The notes beneath the pieces were generated by a model. The model saw nothing but the letters and a program-made list of their open reading frames with translations, had not been told where the DNA came from and made no database searches. 64,000 bases of DNA, taken from NCBI GenBank assembly GCA_965202585.1, contig OZ241831.1, positions 29,698,001 through 29,762,000 of the forward strand, read 5' to 3'. Of the stretch, positions 50,291 through 60,789 are shown in pieces. The DNA comes from Thalia democratica (Eukaryota). A program made the translations under genes and the position numbers. The first letter of the stretch is position 1. Each line of letters starts with the position of its first letter.

Positions 50291-50965
50291 CTTCTAGTTA
50301 ACAGCATTAAGCTTTTCTATTAAGGTATTTAACTTAAAATGAGTTTTGTTTCCTGATATTTTGTTCAATCGACTAATACAACAAATTGCCAACATTATAA
50401 AATAAAACAGCTTAATTTTTCTTTTACATCAAAATATTTACAATAACCGCTTAAAGGTCGAATAGCATCCTATATTTATAGTTTGTAGTAGTGAAGTCAT
50501 AGTTATACGTAGAGGTCCAACTTCACTTAAAGTATGAGAAGCTATAAGCAGCAAACACTTTAAACTGGTTGCTATTTTTTACTTTTTTACTATTCTAGTT
50601 TTTGAAAATTATTTTAAAACTGTTTAGCCAGTAATAATAGATACTTAAATATTTTTATAAAAACAGTTATATTATAAAAGCTTTTGTTAAATAATATTTA
50701 GGTACCATTTAATTGATTAGTGTTTTACTATAATAATCTTCTAACGATTTGTTTGTTATAAACATTTTTTACTTTGTGACTAAATTTATTGCAATTAATA
50801 CTTGCTTAAGGAGTATTTACTGTACTTTTTAGTATAAAAAACTTGAGCTCCATTTATTATGGTTGATTGCATTTATTTATAAAATGTAAAGAAAAAAACA
50901 AATCTCTAAAATTTAGTTTGTTGTTAATATTTTATTTGTAAACGCTTTGTAAATATATATAACTT

Positions 50966-51236
50966 TATATTTATTCTTTCAAAAATTTATTTTGCAAACT
51001 AAGTTTCGGTCAAAGACCTCGTCAGTGCTTAAATAAATCTAAAAAAAGATATGTGACAGTCATGGAAAATAGCATTTAAACATTTAAACAGTTATAATTT
51101 GTTTTTATTTGAATTTAATTGTTTAAATGCTATTTTCCATGACTGTCACATATCTTTTTTTAGATTTATTTAAGCACTGACGAGGTCTTTGACCGAAACT
51201 TAGTTTGCAAAATAAATTTTTGAAAGAATAAATATA
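50966..51236. repeat. Perfect 117-bp inverted repeat with a 37-bp spacer
   Basis: Checked by eye, base by base: 50966-51082 is the exact reverse complement of 51120-51236, including the 7-A/7-T run. Confidence 0.97.
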
Positions 51237-51451
51237 TTACTTCTCCTCCAGCAGTTGAGATCTCTCTATTTGTTTTCTTAAAACCAAAACATATAATATA
51301 TAACTTTATTTAAAATCATGAAAGCTACAAAGCAAATTATATCAATATTAAAGTTAATTATTTGTATTTCTTTTTAAAAAAACAACTACAAAACAAAAAT
51401 TTCAGAAATTTTTTTCAAAATAGACTATTGATAATATGTTTATCTCCCATT

Positions 51452-53038
51452 TTAACAGTTGATGAAATCAAATCTCAATGAAGGATACCCACTCCACGAT
51501 ACAACTTGAATGCGGAACACTCTTGCGTGGATTGTTCTATTGAAGTTGTTAATGACAAGAGTGGTCCTGTCCCTATTACCTTGAAAGAGCTATGAAAAAA
51601 TTTTACACAATAATTTCAAACAAATGTACTGTAAATAGATATAAACAATTCTTCGAATATATATTTATAGTTTACTGCGCTTTGTATTACTTTACGGTTC
51701 AGTTTTACTATAATTGTGAACTTTTAGCTCTTTTTGAGCGTTTATTAAAGTTTTTTTCAAAGTAAACACATTTTAATTAAAGTTTTTACAATTAACACTT
51801 AGTAAAACTTTGGTGTACTATAAAAGTTGTTTTATAAACTTTATCAAGACTGAGTCAGAATCAAACTTTGAAAACTTACTAGACGCTAAAGCATCTGATA
51901 CATGAAAACTTCTAGACTCACTTTAGGCTGATTGTTATCATCTTGAACAGTTTTGAAATTGTCTTGACCGTTCTTTTTAAACTTCACCTGGTAGGATGTG
52001 ACCCACTGATTTTTATTTTCTCTGCCCTGGGTCACCACACCTTCCACGTGGGTGTTGGAGAGAAAGTCCACTTCTATCCCAAGGTCATCGTAAACCTCTC
52101 CTGTAATTATTATTTTGAGTTAATAAAAAAAAACAATAAAACATATTTGTAATATTTGTTTTTACTCCGATTCGTATGTTTAGTAAAAAATATATTTAAA
52201 ACAGTTTAAGTCTTATAATTACTAATAATATTTTTTAGTTTTCTTAGACTATAAAAAGTACAGAAGTTTACGATATATCAAAGCAAAATTTAACTTTTTT
52301 CCCCAAAAAAATAAAGTTTTAAGCGATTGAAATTATAAATTAAATAGTTTACCTGATGTCCGTGGGTCTGAATCGTAGCCGCCACACCAAGCATTAGCGC
52401 CGCTAGTCGAGAATAATCTCGCGTGAACTGGAGAACAGCCTTCATGATTTTGCCAATGTGAACCGTCGTTGAGTTGGCTGTCAGGTATGATCGCTTTGTT
52501 TTGCACTCCTAACCCGCATTCTGAAAGTTGTTTGACATTTTGTTGTAAAAATTTTAAAATGGAAAAGCTGTTTAATCAGTATGTTAAGGATTGCTTTTAA
52601 GTTAATCTATTTCTGTTCTGTAGAGCTATACTGAACATTCTTAATGATACTTTAATAGTATAAAATTTCATATCACAACTTTCTTATAAACTAATAAAAA
52701 ATTTAAATGCAGTTCATTGATTTAATTAATTTTACTTCAAAAAATTTACCTTTAGCAACTTCATTGCTTAATCCTTTATAAAGTATACGCTGCAACTTCT
52801 TTATTTTTTTTTGATTGGCCGACACCAGTTCCATGTTGCCAACACCGTCCTTCCCTGGCAAACCAATATCGCCCTTCTCCCCCTTCGGCCCCTGCTTGCC
52901 TCGCAACGAGGCGTGAGGAGGGCCGTAGGGTGAGGGGGAGACTTGGGGGTCGCAAACAACCCTGCACTCGTTCAAACAATTCTGCCCACTTGTCAGATAC
53001 AACAAGGACAAGCAACACAAAACAATTAACAATTTCAT
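51452..53038 (-). CDS. Secreted collagen-neck-discoidin (F5/8 type C) protein, 257 aa
   Basis: Exons 53038-52750, 52520-52353, 52100-51922 and 51589-51452 (phases 1, 1, 0). Signal peptide MKLLIVLCCLSLLYLTSG; Cys segment QNCLNECRVVC; Gly-X-Y run GKQGPKGEKGDIGLPGKDG; helical neck. FA58C motifs: CGLGVQNKAIIPDSQL, ARL...GANAWC, IEVDF...HVEGVVTQGR...QWVTSYQV, LFQGNRDRTTLVINNFNRTIHARVFRIQVVSWSGYPSLRFDFINC*. Confidence 0.92.
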
Positions 53039-53101
53039 TTTGAATAAAATGTTTTTCTTTGAACAACTCGACAGTGAATGTGGTGAATGAGCTGACGCGT
53101 G

Positions 53102-53109
53102 TTTATATA
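53102..53109 (-). promoter_or_regulatory. TATA box of the collagen-discoidin gene
   Basis: TATATAAA on the minus strand, followed ~25-30 nt later by the Inr-like CATTCACT and ~64 nt upstream of the ATG at 53038. Confidence 0.6.
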
Positions 53110-54699
53110 TAGTTTTGCAAAAAAAAAGTTCTTTGAATATTTTTTTTAATGAGATGGTTTAGCGTTTTTGTTTTGTTTGATTAAGGAGAAAGCTGGAAAA
53201 GTTTTATACAAAAAACAAATAACAACTTTATTGTTAAGTTCGACCTTGTGCTTTACGAGTTTTATTTATTTATACTTATTTTAATGATCTAGAGACTTTT
53301 AAGAACAAAGTAAATACAAATTGTAAATAGCGTACAATGAATGAACTTTTGATGAACTGGCAAAACCTACATTTTAGCGTAATAAATTTTATTGCTGTTG
53401 CAAAAACGCCATTTAATTATACTTATAAACAGACGTTTAAGTTTTATGAGAGACACTATAAAATAAACAAACGTATTTCATTGAAATTGGTTAAATAACA
53501 AAAATAATCATTATAAGTTCAAAAAGCTTAAAGTTAATTTTTTCTATTTGAATAAGCCTTTGATGTATATTTATATGAGCTTTGAAATTTATCTCCTCGA
53601 TAACAAAAATAAATTATTCATGAAAGAAACTTTTTTTTGGTTTACTTATTTTTTTTAGTTTTCAGCGTGTTCATAAAGCTGCTTTCTTGTTAAATATATA
53701 TTAACTTTAGTATCAAAAACTTCGTAATATCTATAAAAAAAAACTTTTTTAAAATTTAAAAGAGATTAAATTATAAATTATCTTTCTTACAAGTGTTTGT
53801 TTGTTTAAAACAGGGTTCGACAAACTGCGATCTGCGAGGTACTTGTAAGACAAAAGTATACGTTTTTATAGGAATGAAAAATAGTTTTTGAAGTAAAAAC
53901 TTGAAACTTAGCTATCAATCTTGTAGCTTTTATTCATTAATGTTCTGCTACTTCTTAGTTTATCATAATTTTGTTTAAAAATACTAACATTATACTGAAT
54001 ACAATAACTGCTTTAAAACAACTGATGTCGCCCATGAAGCACGTTTTTTTGTACATTGCGTCTGGTAACAGTTTTTTCTATAAGATGTTTTAGCCCGCTT
54101 TTTATAAAAGCCCGCTATTTAAGACTCTGGGCTTAAATTCTTTTGTATCAAGCTTTTTACATAATAAATGTTTTAAGAATGATATATTTTTAATGCCTAT
54201 AAAAGTGTTATAAAAGTCTAAAGAAATGTATAGTTTCTAATAAAATTATTTCTAATAAATTTAAGTTAAGTTTCTAACTTAATAAAAAAGATTTGGTTCG
54301 ATAAAAAATATGTGCTTTAAGACTAGCCAAAATGAATTGTTTTTTTTTTTATTTTCTTACTTAGCTCAAGATAAAACTGAGCTTTAAGTTTTTGCGCCAA
54401 GTAAAAACTATATTAAAAAAATAGTAATTTATTGGGCAACGAAATGCAGTATAACTTATAAAATAAATTATAAATTATAAAATAAGTCTAAATATTAGAA
54501 ATTAAACTACTAATTAGTAGATTTAATACAAGCAGTATACCTAATTTTACATAACTTAAGAGTTTTAGCACATTTAAAGACATATTTTTAATCAACTGAA
54601 AAATTAATTTTATTTTTTGAATATATTAAAGGAATTATTTTATTAAGAAAAAGTGTAAGTATCTTCAAGATGGTTTATGTTAATTAATTTTTTTTAATT

Positions 54700-56200
54700 A
54701 AACCTACAATTAGCAGAATGAATTTTAAAAAACTTTTGAAACTTGCAACTTCTGGTGACAAGTTTAGTTTTAGTTCCTTAATTTATTTACAACAAGACGG
54801 GATAGCCATGGGATCCCCGTTGGGACCAACATTAGCAAATATATTTATGGGTTATATTGAATTAAAAGTTATTCCTGCGTTTAAAAATAATTTATTATAT
54901 TTAAGGTATGTGGATGATTGTTTTGTTTTAGTTAGAAGCGAGAAAATTATGGATAAATTTGAATGATGCTCATGATTTTATAAAATTCACAATAGAAAAA
55001 GAAAACAATGATGAACTTGCATTTTTAGACGTACAAACTAAACGAAAAGAAAATAGATTTTTTAACTTCGGTGTACAGAAAGAAAACTTTTACAGGATGT
55101 TATTTAAATTTTCAATCAAACTGCAGTTTAAAGAGAAAAGTAAATTTTATAAGAACTTTGTGTCATCGGGCACACAAAATTTGTTCCCCAGAGTTGCTTT
55201 TAAGTGAAATCAAAAAAATCAAAACACTATTAAACAAAAACAGTTACCTACAAGAGTTAGTTAACAAAACAATTCATTTACATGTGAAAAATTTGGATAG
55301 AATAAAGACAATAGAACCGGAAAAATGTGTAGTTACTTTAAATATTCCATTTATTAATAAAAGCTCATAGATGTTAGAAAAGAAAATTAGACAATTAGTA
55401 AGAAATACTTATCATGCAGCGAACCCTAGAATTGTTTTTACCTCTAAGCCACTAATAACAACAGGTGGTAAGGATCCAGTATCAAAATTAAAAAAAGAAT
55501 GGTAATCTACCAGTACAGTTGCTGTTGTACAGCAAGTTATATTGGATTATAGTTGTACAGCAAGTTATATTGTAATCTAAAAGTACAGTTGCTGTTGTAC
55601 AGCAAGTTATATTGGATTAACAACCAGACATCTAAGGAAGAGAATAAAAGAACACATACCAAAATGTGTAGAGAATTTTTGCCTGTCAGATAAGAAAGAT
55701 GATATACCGGTAAAGGTTTTAAACGCATCTAAACGTTCATCTATTTTAGATAGTTTAGTTAATTTTCCAACTTGTGCAAACAATTATAGTATAGATAGAT
55801 TTAAAATTATTAAAAATTGTAGTAATGTTTTTGATTTTATTAAATTAGAAGCCATTTGTATTTTGTTAAGGAATTTTTTTTTATGTAAGCAAAAAGATTT
55901 TGACTATACTGTTTCCTTATTTTCGTAACATTTTATAAGGATTGTTTTTATTTACGTTTAGTTTTACTGTAGATCGATTATAACGTAAATGGACTTTTTT
56001 AATTTTGATTGTTACTTATTGCTTTTGTATTTTATTAATCTGTTGATTATTTTATGATTACTTGATTACTTGGTTACTATATAAGTGTGCAAAGTCTTGT
56101 TATTTGTTAGCATTGTACTCTACTGAAGAGAATTGCTCGAAATATATTTAGCATCTTTAAAATTGTGCGTCTTGTGTAACTTGTTGTATAATTTTTATTT
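54700..56200 (+). mobile_element. 5'-truncated, frameshifted Penelope-like retroelement (RT + GIY-YIG endonuclease + 3' repeat)
   Basis: QQDGIAMGSPLGPTLANIFMG, YLRYVDDCF, IKFTIEKENNDELAFLDV, YRKKTFTGCYLNFQSN and VIYQYSCCCTASYIGL are Penelope/Poseidon RT and GIY-YIG motifs, broken by frameshifts and stops. Confidence 0.93.
56120..56151 (+). ncRNA. Minimal type I hammerhead ribozyme motif (probably decayed) in the Penelope 3' repeat
   Basis: CTA-CTGAAGA-GA(ATTGC)TC-GAAA-TATAT-T-TAG: conserved core, 2-bp helix II, palindromic AATATATT helix III and a 3-bp helix I. Confidence 0.55.
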
Positions 56201-57590
56201 ATTAAAATTAAAGTTCTATACTAAAAAAAATAGAAAAAGCTAATAAATGACTAGTTAAATATTTTAAATGCAAGTACGGTAAAAGTTTATTAGAATCTAT
56301 AGCCAACATAAAAATTTTAAAAATTAAAAAAAAAATACTCTATCAAGATTAAGTTAAATTATTGTATCACAACGTTCGATTTAGCCACAGATTTTAAATA
56401 TGGTAAACAACCTGAACTTAGCTTAAGAAGGTGGTAATTTTTTTTTAGTTAAAGATTTTTACTAGAAGTTTAATTCAAAGATTTTTTTTAAATAATTTAA
56501 TCATATAAATTAGTTACTCAAAAAAGCATAGCTGAGTACTAGGTATACACTTATGTTAGTATTTGATATAAAATTAAAGAGTTTATGTATATAAAATACA
56601 GATTGAAAACTTATATATAATAATTTATATAAACAAGCATGATTTTAATAATATACTGTGATATACAGTAAAATGAAACAATGGATGTTGTACGAGTAGT
56701 TACTCAATTTCTGCTGACAAATTTAAACAAAATTATTTAGTTTTAAAATTTTGCTATTTATTTTAAAACGAAGTTAGTTTTAATAAACACTTTATAAAAA
56801 AATATTATTAGGTAGAAGGTAAACGTTTTATGAACATTTATATTCTAAGTGATTAAATAATAAGCGTACACAATAATTATTTTTTTTATAAATATAAGTA
56901 CAATGAACTGTTAGTCTGGATTACAATTAATTAACAAACTTTTCGAATAGTAAGTTTTTGTTTTTGTTGTACTGTGTATCACAGTTTACTATTTTACTCA
57001 TGCTTATTTGTAAAATTATCAAAAGTAAGTTTGCAATGTATATTTTTTAATATTAAGACTCTTTTATTTATTATAAACTTTAATATCTTTTTACGATAAA
57101 AACAATCAAACATTAACATAAGTTGTGTCTATGTCCAATTTTCATTTCAGCATATATTTTTTTCCATTAATCGATTTTTCAGAAAAAATTATTGAATAAC
57201 AATTAATAATTGTAATAAACTTGTATTACAAACAAACTTCCATATATTTATTAAAAAAATCAAAATTCTAATCCCAACAACCTTCTAAAGTTTCACTTAG
57301 GATGTTGTAATTTGTTTTCAATCTGTGACTAAATTGAGATTTTTATCAAAATATTTCAAGTCAATCTTTTAAAAGAGGTTTTTTTACTTTTTTTTATTTT
57401 ATGTTTGCGATAGCTTTTATAAATATTTACTATTGTATTTAGATTAAAAGTATTTTACTGATTGTTTTTAAACTTTTTCACGTATAGAACTGTATTTAAA
57501 ATAAATGATGTAAGAATTAATAGTACTTTTTTTCCTTAAAAATCTTAAAACAACAACATCATTGTATATATTGTTTATTGAACGATAAAT

Positions 57591-57661
57591 AAAGCGCTCA
57601 AAAAGTTCGGTCTAACGACCTGGTGTACTAAGGAATCTTTCTGTTATCGAGTCGTACACCA
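57591..57661 (-). mobile_element. SINE family A 3' tail fragment
   Basis: The minus strand reads GGTGTACGACTCGATAACAGAAAGATTCC...CACCAGGTCGTTAGACCGAACTTTTTGAGCGCTTT. Confidence 0.7.
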
Positions 57662-58557
57662 CATGCTTATAAAGTTTCTTACTAGTTATTACATATAAAT
57701 ACTTTATCATATAAATATTTAAACTTTAGTAATAAAGTTATCAATAAAACTAAATGAAAGAAAAGAAAACTGAACAAAAATTCACTGAATTTTGTGTTTA
57801 AAAATGTACTTAAAAACTTGTCTAATAACATAATAACTACAAAAAACTTATAACTTTAAATAAACTTATAAACGGAAATAAGCAATACTAATAGCCAATA
57901 TGTCAATACTTGAATTATAGATTACAACTTCTTTAAAGAAGGAAAAAATGTTGTATGTTGAAATATTTTTACATTAAATTTTTATCAGTATTTTGTGCTA
58001 AAAGTGTATTTTTTTTTGATATAGTATTTTTACTTAAAGTACTTTTTTATTTTAATTTATAAATAAACTATTGTACAATTTTTGAATAATTTTAAAGTGG
58101 TGAATTCTATCAGAACTAAACTTAACTTTTCTTCAATTGAAAGTATAAAAATAATTACTGTAACATTTATGTACTTGTTATAAAAAAAACAGTACAAAAA
58201 AATAATAACAACAACAACAAATTTCCTTTTATTTTAAAATATACTTTTTTATATTTTGAATAGTTTTTTAAGTCCAAAATTGTAATAATAGAAAGCAAAA
58301 AATTTTTGCAAACTTTTAATATATTTAACAAGTAATATAGATTTTATGTTTAAATTTATATATATATAAATATTTAAATGCAATAAAATTCTAAAATTGT
58401 ATATAACACTTTGTACTGTTTATAAAAAAACTTTATTGATAATTTTGACCATTACTATTTACATATACTTTATTATAGCTCCCGGTAAGTTTATTGTACA
58501 CGAAAAGTAAATCGAAGCTGAAAAAATATTGTCAAGTGACAGCTAGTTTACTTAAAG

Positions 58558-58762
58558 GTCAGTCTAAGTTGAAAAAAAGCTGAGTCAAAAAAATCTATTT
58601 TCATGTCACTTTTTATTTAAATTATCGAAACTATGTTTTTTGTTTTTTGTGTAACTTTTAATATGTTTAGGTAAGGTAGGTTATTGATGAAGGTATAAAT
58701 AAATAAAAAACAAATACGCTTAAAAAACATACTGACTCAGCTTTTTTTCTGCTCAGACTGAC
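58558..58762. repeat. Imperfect inverted repeat (probable decayed MITE)
   Basis: GTCAGTCTAAGTTGAAAAAAAGCTGAGTCA and TGACTCAGCTTTTTTTCTGCTCAGACTGAC are complementary at 27 of 30 bases, with weaker outer pairing (AATATTGTCAAGT / ACTTGATAATATT). Confidence 0.7.
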
Positions 58763-60080
58763 ATTTCGTACGTTTTTGCTATTAGAATATACTTTTGCGT
58801 ATCGCTACTTGATAATATTGTTCGTTAAAAAATTTAGCTGTTGATAAAAAAGTTTTGTTATATGTTATATTTTAAAAAGATATATTAAATTTTTTAGCAT
58901 ATGCTTAATAGTTCTTTATTTTAACTAACAAAAATTAAATAGCTTATAAATAAAGCGATCTATAAGCGTTAAAGTTGTAATCACATTATTGTCGTAAATT
59001 TAAAAGTTTAAACACTTTTGTTCGATTTGTTTAAAATTACATAAATCTAGCTAGATATAAAACATTTCAAAGAAAATGCATTAAATCTATTTAACTAATT
59101 AAATACTATAACACAATTAAACAATGTACCTTAAACTATTCAATTAGACAACAGTTTCTAAATAACTAATAAAAGAAGAAGTATAGTATTAATATTCTTT
59201 AAATTAAGTATTTAAAACTTAACAATAACTAATTAGTTAAAATTTAAAATAAATATTATAACTGTGGTTTGTAATACAAAGCTCATTAAACTTTTAAGTC
59301 ATTCCTTATTTATAAGTACATATGGTTTTAAGCTTAGTTTAATTTTGTTTCTACTAGCAATAAGAAATTAAATTTTTAAATTGAATTTTAAAGCTTATTA
59401 TATTTATTAGTTAAATTTGAGTTTTTTAAATAGAATAATTTCTTAAAGTTTTTTTTAATAGTAAGATTATTCTGTCAAATTAAAAGGAGTAAGAAAGAAA
59501 GAAGTTTTAAAGGACCAAAAAAAAATTTAATCTGTAAGATAAGTTTTAGAGAAAATAAAAAAATTCAAAAGTGTTATTTACGTTAAAAAATTGAGAATAT
59601 AAAAATGTTCAGGTAAATCTTGAGGTACATACATCAATTTTATCAATAACTTTGTTTTATTCAAATATTAAAACTAGAGACTAAAGATACAATACAAAAA
59701 TAAATAGGTTTTTTTTTTCTTAAGCAACCAATTAGTGTTTACTTGATTTTTTATGATACCATTTTATAAAATTTTTACAGTACCTACCTAACTACCTAGT
59801 TCTACATAAATGTTTAATTGTAATGTTTTCATGGATGGTTTTTACCCTTTTAAATAAATATATTGAGCAGTATCTTGCTAATTATTTTATTTCATGAAGT
59901 TAACATTTCTACTCCAGTATTTTTTTAATTAAAAACTGTGTTGTGTACTAGACATGTTTAATAAAATTTTAGTTAAACCTGAAACTAATAGTGAAATAAG
60001 ATAGCTTCTTTTTCAATCAAAAATTACTGGAAACAACAGTTATTACTATTATAAACATATTTTACAGAGTTTATTAACAA

Positions 60081-60310
60081 TGTGTGGCCTGGTGGTGTAG
60101 GGAAGGGTCCGAATAACAGCTTAGAAAACTCTCCTTGAATTTTGCAAGATTAAAACCCATTGCCAACACATATACAAAAAATAGTTTTTTTTTTGGTTTG
60201 AAAACATCAGTACGTAATCTCCCTCTTCAATGGTAAAGGTTAAGTAAAATTCAAGCAATCAAGTTTTATTATGTGTAATTTCACTTGCCGCTCTAATGAT
60301 TAACACTAAA
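60081..60310 (+). mobile_element. Degenerate tRNA-derived SINE-like repeat (family B)
   Basis: Box-A-like TGGCCTGGTGG head; shares blocks with 27030-27275. Confidence 0.4.
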
Positions 60311-60789
60311 TTAATCAAAAAAATGAAAGCTAAATGTTTTAACAACATCAAAACCTAGAAGTATGAGAAAATTCCAAAGTTCAAAATTCTAAGAATGTGT
60401 TTACAGCAGCTGTAATAAATAGCACACCAACAATCTAGCACCCTAGTTGTTTTTTCACTGGACAAAATCAGTATGGAAAAACATAAGTGTTGTTCAGATA
60501 GTCTTGCAATTTCAAAAACATTGATTCAGTTAGATTGGTAAAAAACAATCAGGATCATAATTTTACATTTAACAACATGTGTAAAAATCTTGAACTCTAT
60601 TTATAAAGAACTGTATGTGTTAGAGTCCTTTGTCTAGTCAGATTTTGTTCAGTTAAAAAACCTTTGTGCAATCCAACTGTGTTATCACTGCCACTTAAGT
60701 GAATACACTATAAGCTGTTACAAATTTAAGGTAAAGTAGTAAAGGAATTTTTAATTTACATCACTTTGTAATGAAAGAAAGGCTAAAAG

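Noticed and set aside
52776-53066. 96-aa minus-strand ORF overlapping the collagen exon
   Set aside because: Alternative frame of the GC-rich collagen-coding exon, with no independent support.
56250-60000. Scattered short exon-like segments (e.g. near 56390 and 57280)
   Set aside because: No chain of phase-compatible exons could be built and no motif was recognised; treated as intergenic.
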